DNA of 64,000 nucleotides. Origin: Candidatus Dojkabacteria bacterium. GTDB taxonomy: Bacteria > Patescibacteriota > Dojkabacteria > SC72. The stretch covers positions 31,128-95,127 of the forward strand of contig JAXGOY010000001.1 in the NCBI GenBank assembly GCA_040767225.1. Direction: 5' to 3'. This document shows, piece by piece, positions 50,744 through 60,732 of the stretch. Position numbers and translations under genes: made by a program. A model generated the notes under the pieces. That model saw nothing but the letters and a program-made list of their open reading frames with translations. It was not told the DNA's origin and searched no databases. Positions within the stretch are counted from its first letter, which is position 1; every line of letters begins with the position of its first letter.

Positions 50744-53149
50744 ATGGCAGAAGATAATAAATATCAATCAAAAACAATAGAAGAATTAAAAGAAAAGGAA
50801 AGCTCTCTTACTGAGAATAAGTTTGCCACATTTACACAGGATTTAGCTAAAGACTTAGAACAGATTCAAGAGAAAAAAAATAATGAAAATAATCAACTAA
50901 ACCAGAAAGAAAGATACAATGATCCTGTTGATGAAAAGAAAAAAGAGGTAAAAAAGAATCCAATCCTTAAATTCTTAGATAATTTTATTCCTGAAGAGCA
51001 GAAAACTAAATCTCAGACAGCTGCACAACAACAACCAGTAGAAAGCAAAGTTAGTGAAACTAAATATGAAGGTTTAACACTTCAAGATATAATAGCTCCA
51101 ATTGATATTGAAGTTGACTTTAATCATTTACAAATGGGTGATTACTACTTCAGGACTTTCTTCATTAGTGGGTATCCCAGATTTGTTGGTCCAAACTGGC
51201 TTTCTCCAATTATCAATTTTGAGCACTCCCTGCGAATAAGTACATTCTACTACCCTGTTGATTCTAAAATAATAATGGAAAAATTAAAGAAAAAGATTGC
51301 AGAAATGGAAGCAACAATATATACACAAATGGAAGAAAGAAAAGTTATTGATGCTTCTTTAAAGGTAGCTCTATCTGATGCCCAGCAGCTTCAAGATTCA
51401 ATTGCAGAGGGAACTGAGAAATTCTTTCATTTTGCTATGTATATAACAATATATGCACCTAATAAAGATTTACTTGAAAAATACAGTCGTAATGTAGTAT
51501 CTACTTTAGCTGCAATAGGGGTAACTGCAAAACCTGCAACACTTCAACAAGAGCCAGGCTTCATTAGTACACAGCCATTAGGATTAGACAAGCTGTATGT
51601 AACAAGAAATATGGATACAACCTCTCTTGCTACTACATTTCCATTTGTTACATCTGAACTTACAATGGATCATGGAATTATGTATGGAATAAATATGCAT
51701 AACAAGAGTCTAGTTATTTTTGATAGATTTGAACTTGAAAATGCTAATTCTGTTGTATTTGCAAAATCTGGAGCTGGTAAAAGCTATTTTGTAAAACTTG
51801 AAGCACTAAGAAGCTTAATGCTTGGAACTGATATTATCATTATAGACCCTGAAAGAGAGTATGAAGATCTTTCAAGAGCTGTAGGAGGTTCATATATATC
51901 CTTCTCACAAGACAAAGGGGATAAAATGAATCCATTTGAGCTCTCAGGAGTATATGAAGAAGGTGAAGATGAGTTAAGAATAAAGATACAATCTCTCATT
52001 GGATTCTTTAAGATAATGTTTGATGGACTAAGCAATACTGAAATATCTATACTTGATAGAGCATTAATTCTTACATACAGAGAAAAAGGTATAACATATG
52101 ATCCTGCAACACAAAAGAACCCTCCTCCTATGCTTGAAGATTTATATAAAGTATTAAAGGGAATGGCAGAAGAAGAAGCTCATGACATGGCAAGAAGAAT
52201 GGAAAGATTTATCATTGGAAGTGGTGCTGGTGTATTTAATGAGGCTACAAACTTTGAAATAAATAATTCTTTTACAGTATTTAGTGTAAGAGATCTTCAG
52301 GAAGAACTAAAACCTTTATCAATGTATCTTATGCTTGACTTTATATGGACTGTAATAAGAAAAGAAAAAAAGAGAAGACTTCTCATAGTTGATGAGGCAT
52401 GGTATATGATGCAAAGAAAAGATTCTGCAGAGTTTATGTACTCCATAGCTAAGAGAGCAAGAAAATACTACCTCGGACTTACAACAATAACACAAGATGT
52501 TGCAGACTTTATGCATAATGATTTAGGTAAAGCAATAATTCAAAATGCATCAATGTCTATGCTGATGATGCAAAGCCCTTCTGCTGTAGAAGCAATTCAA
52601 GAGGTATTTCATCTTTCTGATGGAGAAAAAGCTTTCTTGCTAAACTGTGAAAAAGGTCAAGGATTATTCTTTGCAGGTCAAAATCATGTAGCAATGCAGG
52701 TCATATCAAGTGTACAAGAGAACACCCTTATCACCTCAGATCCAAGAGAGCTTGAGAGAATGAGATTAATGGGTGAAAAAGAGAAAAGCATCGAAGAGCT
52801 TTCTGCAATATTTGAGCCTCCTGCAACTCAAATGTCTGTATCTACAGAAACACCAAAGAATAAAGATCTGATAGAAAGAGCTGTAGGAAAGAGAAAAGAA
52901 GATATTAAAGAAATAAAAGAAGAAAGGGAGAAATATCAAGAGGAGTTAAAGAAACGATTAGAAGAACAAGATAGACAACTAAACCCTGATAAATATAACT
53001 CACAAAAAAGTATGGGACAATTAATTGAAGAAAATACTGTTCCAGGGCAAGTAATGAAAGAGAGAAAAGAAATTCAAAAAGGTAAAATGCATATTACCCC
53101 ACAAGGAGTAGTATCTGATGAAAATGAACAACAACCAAAGCAACAATAA
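50744..53149 (+). CDS. VirB4/TraE-like conjugation-type ATPase
   Basis: Walker A AKSGAGKS, IIDPEREY, MNPF, Walker B LLIVDEAW, KRARKY, TTITQDV. Confidence 0.88.
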   Translation: MAEDNKYQSKTIEELKEKESSLTENKFATFTQDLAKDLEQIQEKKNNENNQLNQKERYNDPVDEKKKEVKKNPILKFLDNFIPEEQKTKSQTAAQQQPVESKVSETKYEGLTLQDIIAPIDIEVDFNHLQMGDYYFRTFFISGYPRFVGPNWLSPIINFEHSLRISTFYYPVDSKIIMEKLKKKIAEMEATIYTQMEERKVIDASLKVALSDAQQLQDSIAEGTEKFFHFAMYITIYAPNKDLLEKYSRNVVSTLAAIGVTAKPATLQQEPGFISTQPLGLDKLYVTRNMDTTSLATTFPFVTSELTMDHGIMYGINMHNKSLVIFDRFELENANSVVFAKSGAGKSYFVKLEALRSLMLGTDIIIIDPEREYEDLSRAVGGSYISFSQDKGDKMNPFELSGVYEEGEDELRIKIQSLIGFFKIMFDGLSNTEISILDRALILTYREKGITYDPATQKNPPPMLEDLYKVLKGMAEEEAHDMARRMERFIIGSGAGVFNEATNFEINNSFTVFSVRDLQEELKPLSMYLMLDFIWTVIRKEKKRRLLIVDEAWYMMQRKDSAEFMYSIAKRARKYYLGLTTITQDVADFMHNDLGKAIIQNASMSMLMMQSPSAVEAIQEVFHLSDGEKAFLLNCEKGQGLFFAGQNHVAMQVISSVQENTLITSDPRELERMRLMGEKEKSIEELSAIFEPPATQMSVSTETPKNKDLIERAVGKRKEDIKEIKEEREKYQEELKKRLEEQDRQLNPDKYNSQKSMGQLIEENTVPGQVMKERKEIQKGKMHITPQGVVSDENEQQPKQQ

Positions 53150-53326
53150 CAAAACAATATATCAATATAATGTAACTGCTAATTCGGACATTAACTATAC
53201 TAATATTCCCAAGATGAATAACAATGGGAATGGTACCCCCAACCCTCCAATACAAAAACAACCGTTTGAACCTGCACTAAAGAGAGCACAGATGGCATTA
53301 AAGCTGGTAAATCCTTTTAAAGGTGT

Positions 53327-54430
53327 TTAACTTAAAGGACCTTGATCAGGAAGAACATACTGTTTGAGATTATCAGGTGTAATTACAATAGGAATACTCT
53401 TTCCACTCACAATTTCCCTTGCTGCACTTCTAAGTAGTGTTGCAATATTCCTTTCAAGCTGACGTATACCTGCATCAAAACCAACTGGTCTTATAATCAA
53501 AGGCCATACATCTTCAGATATTTGAATGTATTCAGGAGGCAATCCCATAGATGCTAATGTTCTAGGAAGTATATATGATTTAGCAATAATCTCTTTCTCT
53601 TGATCACTATAACTTGTAAAACGAATAACCTCGAGTCTATCAAGCAATGCAGCAGATAGCCCTCCTAAGTTATTTGCAGTACATATAAAGAATACTTGAG
53701 ATAAATCGACAGGATAGTCAATATAATGATCTACAAATGTAGAGTTTTGCTCAGGATCAAGTATCTCAAGCAGTGCAGCCATCATATCATTCTGAACACC
53801 TTTGTTCTGACTTGATTTTTCAATTTCATCTATAAGAATAACAGGATTCATAGTACCAGCTCTTACTAAAGACTTTATAATCTGCCCAGGTTCCGCATCA
53901 GGCTCATGTCTAGGAACACCTCTAAGTGTCCTTACATCTCCCACTGCCCCAAGAGATATTCTTGCAAACTTTCTTCCCATTGCTTTTGCTATTGATTGTG
54001 CAATAGATGTTTTTCCAACACCCTGAAGACCTACAAAAAGTAAAGTAGGTATTTGTGGTGAATTATCTGTAACATTTCCACCTCTAGCTCTTTGCATATT
54101 TTTCAATTGCATTACTGCAAGATAATCAAGAATCATCTCCTTTATAGTATCCATACCATAATGAGTAGAATCCATCATTCTTCTTGCATTTTCTATATCC
54201 AGATTATCCTTAGATACAACTCCCCATGGGATTCTTGTAATCCAATCAACATATTTATCTACACTCTCAAACTCAGAGCTATAATTACCAAGCCTAGCCA
54301 TTCTCTCAAGCCTTTGGATAGTTTTCATCGTCTGCTCTTTTAGCTCAATAGGGGCATTAGAAGATGCCAATTTATTCTGAAGCTCAACTATCTCAGACAT
54401 TACATTATCATTTACTGTTGTGTAATCCAT
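53327..54430 (-). CDS. Lon-like AAA+ ATPase without protease domain
   Basis: HYGMDTIKEMILDYLAV, GLQGVGKT, PGQII, NPVILIDEIEK, ALLEILDPEQN..FVDHY, LLDRLE, GIRQLER; ends before a protease domain. Confidence 0.85.
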   Translation of the reverse strand: MDYTTVNDNVMSEIVELQNKLASSNAPIELKEQTMKTIQRLERMARLGNYSSEFESVDKYVDWITRIPWGVVSKDNLDIENARRMMDSTHYGMDTIKEMILDYLAVMQLKNMQRARGGNVTDNSPQIPTLLFVGLQGVGKTSIAQSIAKAMGRKFARISLGAVGDVRTLRGVPRHEPDAEPGQIIKSLVRAGTMNPVILIDEIEKSSQNKGVQNDMMAALLEILDPEQNSTFVDHYIDYPVDLSQVFFICTANNLGGLSAALLDRLEVIRFTSYSDQEKEIIAKSYILPRTLASMGLPPEYIQISEDVWPLIIRPVGFDAGIRQLERNIATLLRSAAREIVSGKSIPIVITPDNLKQYVLPDQGPLS

Positions 54431-54488
54431 ATCAAAATATATCACATATACTATGAGGATTCTTGACCTATAACATCAAATAACATAC

Positions 54489-55778
54489 TTACTTCAAACC
54501 ACTTAAAACAGCCTCCTTAACAGCATTAGCAGCATACTTCATATCAGACTCATTATTATATATTCCTAAACTAAATCTTAATGTAGGACCAATCTTAAAT
54601 CTATCATGCAGTGGTTGTGCACAATGGAAACCCTCTCTAAAACAAATTCTCTTTTTATTAAGTAAATCTACAATACCTTCTCCATCTTTCTTTGTTTGAA
54701 TACTTTCAACATCTTTACACCCTCTAAATCTGAAACCTTTTATAGTAAATGCAATACTCCCATATTTCTGAGAAATATCATCAGGACCAAAATGAACAAA
54801 CCAATCTATTCCATTAAACTCATTTAAAAAATACCCTATTAACCCCTGTTCATGATTAATTATCATATCCCATCCCCCAACCATATCAACACGACCCTTA
54901 AGCCACTCAATTGCAGCACCCAAACCAATTCCTCCTGCAATATCAGGAGTACCAGCCTCAAATCTCCATGGCAGTTCATTGTATTCAAAACCCTTTTTCG
55001 TAACTAAAGAAACCATCTCTCCACCACCCATCCATGGAACAAGGTCTTCAAGATATTTCATATTTACATACACAGCACCACTTCCTGTAGGCCCATACAC
55101 CTTATGTCCAGAAAATACTAATGCATCACAACCCAAACTTTTAACATCAACAGGTACTCTAGCAATGCTTTGTGCAGCATCAAGCATTGTAAAAGCATCT
55201 ACCTTCTTAGCAATCTTAAATATCTCCTCTACATCATTCTTAACACCCAATACATTTGAAATATGAACAACAGATACAATCTTTATCTTCTCCCCCTCCT
55301 TTTTAACTAAATCCTTAAACCAATTTAAATCTAATGTGTAATCATCTTTTACAGGTATATACTCTATTCTAAACTTTATCTCTTTTTGCAACAGCATCCA
55401 TGGAATAATATTACTGTGATGCTCCATCTCTGTAATTACAACAATATCCCCATCAGAAAGAAGCTTTCTTCCTACAGTATTAACAAGAAAATTTAATCCT
55501 TCGGTACTGTTTCTTACAAAAAATATCTCTTTATATGAATCTGAATTTATAAAATCAGAAACAGTTTCGTGAGCCTCTTGCCAAAGATTAGTAGCATTAA
55601 TAGAAAGGTCATATGGACCCCTATGAATATTAGCATTCTCCTGCTCATAATACTGATTAATCCTATCTATAACCTCTTGAGGTTTCTGAGTGGTAGCAGC
55701 ACTATCAAGATATACAAGTCCCTTACCTAAGAATTTATCTTTTAGAATAGGGAACTCTTTTCTAATATCTTCAAACAT
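54489..55778 (-). CDS. sufS: Cysteine desulfurase, SufS-like
   Basis: YLDSAATTQKP, EHHSN, DAAQS, FSGHK, FEAGTP, REGFHCAQP. Confidence 0.9.
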   Translation of the reverse strand: MFEDIRKEFPILKDKFLGKGLVYLDSAATTQKPQEVIDRINQYYEQENANIHRGPYDLSINATNLWQEAHETVSDFINSDSYKEIFFVRNSTEGLNFLVNTVGRKLLSDGDIVVITEMEHHSNIIPWMLLQKEIKFRIEYIPVKDDYTLDLNWFKDLVKKEGEKIKIVSVVHISNVLGVKNDVEEIFKIAKKVDAFTMLDAAQSIARVPVDVKSLGCDALVFSGHKVYGPTGSGAVYVNMKYLEDLVPWMGGGEMVSLVTKKGFEYNELPWRFEAGTPDIAGGIGLGAAIEWLKGRVDMVGGWDMIINHEQGLIGYFLNEFNGIDWFVHFGPDDISQKYGSIAFTIKGFRFRGCKDVESIQTKKDGEGIVDLLNKKRICFREGFHCAQPLHDRFKIGPTLRFSLGIYNNESDMKYAANAVKEAVLSGLK

Positions 55779-55797
55779 ATTAATTACATTGTTTAAT

Positions 55798-56355
55798 TTA
55801 AAAATTCTTCCATATTTTACTCGCTTGTACTGTCAAATCACCAACATACTTACTATTTAAACTTTTACTACCATATGGCTTCTCGCAAGGAGTATCAAGC
55901 TCCTCAAAAGCAATTTGTGCAATCTTCATACCTACATATATTCTAATAGGAAGAGGAGAAAGATTAACCATTTCTAGTGTTAATCTTAATTTGTTTCCTG
56001 GATCTAAAAATCCAGCAGTAGCATGTATAATTAACCCTATTCTTGCAAGAGAGCTCTTTCCTTCAAGTCTTCCAACATGTTTACTATCTACTCCCGTTAT
56101 CTCAATGACATTAGCAAGTACAAGCTGGTGTGGTTCTATTACAAATCCGCTATCACTTATCTGTGTTCTAATCATTAATTCATCAACAGGTTTCTTAACA
56201 TCAATAATATTATTTCCATTAGTATTAAAATACATAATATTTTTATCAAGATGTAAATCATATGATGCAGGCTGAAGACTATCTTGTGAGAATGGAGATA
56301 TACTTATCTCTCCTGTATTAATTTTTTCCTTAATGCTTTTATCAGAAAGTATCAT
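55798..56355 (-). CDS. dcd: dCTP deaminase
   Basis: MILSDK, LQPASYDL, EGKSSLARIG, TAGFLDPG, KIAQ, SKY. Confidence 0.93.
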   Translation of the reverse strand: MILSDKSIKEKINTGEISISPFSQDSLQPASYDLHLDKNIMYFNTNGNNIIDVKKPVDELMIRTQISDSGFVIEPHQLVLANVIEITGVDSKHVGRLEGKSSLARIGLIIHATAGFLDPGNKLRLTLEMVNLSPLPIRIYVGMKIAQIAFEELDTPCEKPYGSKSLNSKYVGDLTVQASKIWKNF

Positions 56356-56371
56356 ATTTAAAACTTTTAAT

Positions 56372-57966
56372 TTAACTCCTATCAATAAACTGATCTCTTG
56401 ATGCAGGATCAGGCATTTCTATTTTTCTTAGTAAAGGATACCATATACTATCATTACTATTTAATAACTCTAACCATTTGTATACTAGTGCTCTGTATGC
56501 AATATGACCTCCTCTTGCACTTCGCAAACTAATTGTATACTGCAGGTCATCAATAGAAGCATAGAAACAGTATCTAGTTGCATGAGCATGAGGAAGAAGA
56601 TATTTAGTAAACTCCTGAGAGTACTCCTCGGACACAACTTTAAGTGAATCATTTCTCCATCTCTTTATCATATTATATGTTCCTATTAAAGCTTTCTCAT
56701 ACTCTTTCTTTAATTCGGACATCTCAGGTATATCAAGATAATTACATAGGAAGAAGCAATCCTTGCTATCTCTGTTTAACTCATTATCAATATCTATCTC
56801 ATCATGTAAAAGTGGTATAAATCTCTCAAAACTCCTATGTCTATTTAAATCTTTTAATGTACATAATGCAGACATACCCTCTATCTTAATTGAACCACTC
56901 TGTCCAAGATTGCCTATAAGGTTGTGCTGATTATGATTCTTAAAAAGAACTTCACCAATATATTCAGAATCTTCATCATCAAATTCAAGCTCATTCTCAC
57001 TACCCAATGGATTTATTAATAGCTCATAATGAGTAAAAAGGTCTTCTACTGCATTATCGTTATAACTAACAGTACATGAATCACTCTCACTTCCTTTATT
57101 AATATATTGCCTTTGTGCTGAAACCTTTTTCCTAAGATACTCTAGTATCTCTTTGGTAGAGTCCTTTCTTGAATAATTAGCCTCAGTGTGCCTTACAAGA
57201 CCATCAGCTTCCCTAATATACCCATCTATATTTACATCAGAATCTCCAAGCAAGTTATATATCAACTTTCCCACCTCTCTATCTACAATACTATCCCCTG
57301 CATTAAGATATGATATTAACTCAGACCAGTTTCTTGCAGACATGACTGCTGCCATACTTGTCTGCACTCCATATGGAAGAAGGTATCTTGCACAATCAAA
57401 ACTTCTTGCCTGTAATGCAGATTTTTCTTCTTTAATATCCTCATTAATATTAAAATACTCCTTAAATATCTCCTTTGTCTTTTTTAACAAAACAGAGTAA
57501 TCATCCATCTGTTTTAAGATTATATTTTCATACTCTTTCCTAATCTCTTGGTTATTACAAATCTCCTTAGGAATTTTAATATACTTAGGTTCTTCAAAAT
57601 TCTGATATCTTGTAGACCTTTCCTGACCTGATATTACAGAATTAAGATAGAATATTTTCATTGCAGAAAGCATTGGAATATTTTCAATACATACAAAGAG
57701 CTGAGCCATATCACCTACAGATTTATGACCATATCCATGAAATATCGCTTCTAGTCTTTGTGCAGCATCAGTATTATTCTTAATAATTTCAGATGCAATA
57801 TCAATTACACTATCAGAAGATTACTGTATCTTGCACCTAAATATGCATTGATAGAGGGCTGTTTTTGATTAACATTCTCAAGAAGAGTACGAACCTTAAA
57901 CTGATTCCAGTCAGCTTCAGACTCTATACTTGCTATTTGTATATCTTTTCTAAATGTACCTTTCAT
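56372..57966 (-). CDS. thyX: FAD-dependent thymidylate synthase, long two-domain form; one frameshift near 57821
   Basis: MKGTF...LGARYS joins SSDS...GYGHKSVGDMA across a 1-nt deletion; QERSTRY, FDCARYLLP, DLNRHRS. Confidence 0.8.
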
Positions 57967-59182
57967 ATTCCTGTATATTAAAATCCTTACTAAAATCTCT
58001 CACCTCATCTTTAATTCTCTTAAGATTATCCTCAGAGCTATCATTTAGTGCCCTGTATATATACTCTGAGATTTGGAACATATCTTTTTCTTTCATACCT
58101 CTTGTAGTAACAGCAGCACTCCCTATCCTTACACCTGAAGGATCCCATGGTTTTCTTTCATCAAATGGTATTGCATTTTTGTTTAATGTAATATTTACAG
58201 ATTCTAGAATATCAGAAACCTCTTTACCACTCTTTCCTATACTCTTAATCGTATCTACTAAAAACATATGATTATCAGTACCACCAGATACAATATTAAA
58301 CCCTTTATCTGCTAAAGAAGATGCCAAAGTTTTTGCATTACTAATTACTTGTTTTGCATATTCCTTAAACTCATTACTTTGAGCTTCTTTTAAGGCAACA
58401 GCTATGCCTGCTGTAATATGATTATGAGGACCTCCTTGAAGCCCTGGAAATACTGCCTTATCTATTAACTCTCCATACTCTTCCTTGCACATAATTATAG
58501 CTCCTCTTGGACCTCTGAGAGTTTTATGAGTAGTTGTTGTAACTACATCTGCAATACCTACAGGAGAAGGATACAGTCCTGCTGCAACAAGTCCTGCAAC
58601 ATGTGCTATGTCAGCAACAAGTATTGCACCAACCTCATCAGCAATCTTTCTAAATTCATTCCAATCAACTATTCTTGAATATGCACTAAACCCGCTCCAT
58701 ATGAGTTTTGGTTTATGCTCCAGAGCTATTCTTCTTACATCATCATAATCAATATATCCCTCTTTATTTACACCATAACTTACTGAATCAAAATATTTCC
58801 CACTTATAGATACCTTAAAACCATGTGTAAGATGCCCTCCTGCTGAAAGATCCATTCCCATTGTTCTATCTCCTGGTTTAAGGAATGCAAAGTGTACAGC
58901 TAAATTAGCAGGAGAGCCAGAATATGGCTGAACGTTTACATGTTCTGCACCAAAAAGTTCTTTTGCTCTATTAATACATTCTTCTTCTATTTTATCAATA
59001 TACTCATTACCACCATAATATCTTTTATGTGGATATCCTTCTGAGTATTTGTTTGTAAGTATACTCCCCATTGCTTTAAGTACATCTTCACTTACATAAT
59101 TCTCAGAAGCGATAAGCTCTATTCCTTCTTTCTGTCTTTTAGATTCCTCTTGTATATATTCAAATATTTCATCTTTATACAT
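57950..59182 (-). CDS. glyA: Serine hydroxymethyltransferase
   Basis: LIASEN, NKYSEGYP, GGHLTHG, TTTTHKTLRGPRG, FPGLQGGP, GGTDNH. Confidence 0.97.
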   Translation of the reverse strand: MYKDEIFEYIQEESKRQKEGIELIASENYVSEDVLKAMGSILTNKYSEGYPHKRYYGGNEYIDKIEEECINRAKELFGAEHVNVQPYSGSPANLAVHFAFLKPGDRTMGMDLSAGGHLTHGFKVSISGKYFDSVSYGVNKEGYIDYDDVRRIALEHKPKLIWSGFSAYSRIVDWNEFRKIADEVGAILVADIAHVAGLVAAGLYPSPVGIADVVTTTTHKTLRGPRGAIIMCKEEYGELIDKAVFPGLQGGPHNHITAGIAVALKEAQSNEFKEYAKQVISNAKTLASSLADKGFNIVSGGTDNHMFLVDTIKSIGKSGKEVSDILESVNITLNKNAIPFDERKPWDPSGVRIGSAAVTTRGMKEKDMFQISEYIYRALNDSSEDNLKRIKDEVRDFSKDFNIQEYERYI

Positions 59183-60022
59183 TTCTTTTATACATCTCAA
59201 TTAAATTATCAAACAAACATGCTATTGTCATAGGACCAACTCCTCCAGGAACTGGAGTAATATATCCTACGATATCTTTTACACTATTAAAATCAACATC
59301 TCCCACTAACTTACCCTCACTATTTCTATTTGTTCCAACATCAATTACAATACTTCCATTTTTAACATATTCAGAATTAATATATTCAGCCCTTCCTATA
59401 CTTGATACTAATATATCTGCATCTTTACATATATCTTTTAGTTCTTGTGTATGTGAATGACATATGGTTACAGTAGCATTTCTTGTTTTGAAGCATTGCT
59501 GCAATGGGTAGTCCTGATATATCTCCTCTACCAATAACAACTGCTCTTTTCCCTTCAATTTGTATATCATAGTTATCCAACAATTTAATTACTCCTTTAG
59601 CAGTAGCAGGTGGTATTGCAGATGAATCATTTTAAATAGTTTTCCTAAATTAGTAGATGTAAGTCCATCAACATCTTTAGAAGGGAGTATACTTTCTAAT
59701 ACTTCACTTTCGTTAATATGCTCAGGCATTGGTAGTTGTACCATAATTCCATCAACTTCATTCTCATTATTAAGCTCTTTATGAGTTTAATTAATTGAGC
59801 CTGTGAAATGTCTTTATCAAATGTATGTATATTTACTAATATTCCTAAATCTAATGCTTTTTTCTCTTTCATATTTACATACATCTGACTAGCATAATCA
59901 TCTCCTACAAGCATTATATCTATTCTTGGTGCTCTTTTACCTTCTTGAAGATATTTCTGGATTTCTGTTTTTAGATTCTGTAACATCACAGATGATGTAT
60001 ATTTACCGTCTAATATTTCCAT
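59175..60022 (-). CDS. folD: Bifunctional methylenetetrahydrofolate dehydrogenase/cyclohydrolase; three apparent frameshifts
   Basis: ILDGK, VGDDYAS, then across frames VDGIMVQLP, KDVDGL, PATAKG, VVIGRG, NATVTICH, VIDVG, TPVPGGVGPMT; indels near 59779, 59632 and 59484. Confidence 0.88.
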
Positions 60023-60052
60023 TTATGTATATTTAAAATTATTCTATGTATT

Positions 60053-60732
60053 TTACTCCATATCTCTTACTGCTGTAACTATACCCCTTCTTGTATTTGA
60101 TCCTACAGGCCAGCATGTCATTAAAGTAAGAGTGTCCTGATCCATATATTTACCTAAATATTTTATCTCCTCTGGTTTAACTACCTTAAACTCTACCACC
60201 TTGTATTTATATATCTTTCCTTCATAGCTTACATATATCTGATCCTCTTTCTCTAACTCTCTAAAAGATAGAAGTAGACATTGTATTTTCTTCTTTCATA
60301 GAAATTAACAGTAGAGTGTGCAAAAAGAAATACATTACCATGTTCATCTGGTAGTGCAGACCCTTTTGCATGTGCTACTCCATATACAAGTGCATTTCTA
60401 TATTCCTCAAAGTTATTAATATCCACATTCTTTATTACCTTTGCATTTGCTTTTATCTTAGGAATATATATTCCAAAATCACTGTTTACAAATACAATCT
60501 CTGTATCTTCATCTATCTTCTCAGTGATATTTTGTTCATTTTCTGTAATTTCTACTTTAATTTCCTTAGGTGGTTTAGGTGAAAAACGATAATCAAAATA
60601 TGATGACAAAAATGGCTGATATGTAAAAAACAGTATAATTAATCCAACAAGGAGAAGCAGGATACCTGTGTATTTCAGGTATCCTGTTTTTTTCTTTTTA
60701 CTTTTTTCTTCTGATGTAGTTGTAGATTCCAC
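60053..60732 (-). CDS. Sortase; one apparent frameshift near 60260
   Basis: N-terminal TM, GVAHAKG, FAHS; the shifted frame continues ELEKEDQIYV...TLTLMTCWPVGSNTRRGIV. Confidence 0.85.

Noticed and set aside
57815-57830. Programmed ribosomal frameshift in thyX
   Set aside because: No slippery heptamer or stimulatory structure is visible, restoring one G gives the expected ARYSRS, and other indels cluster nearby.
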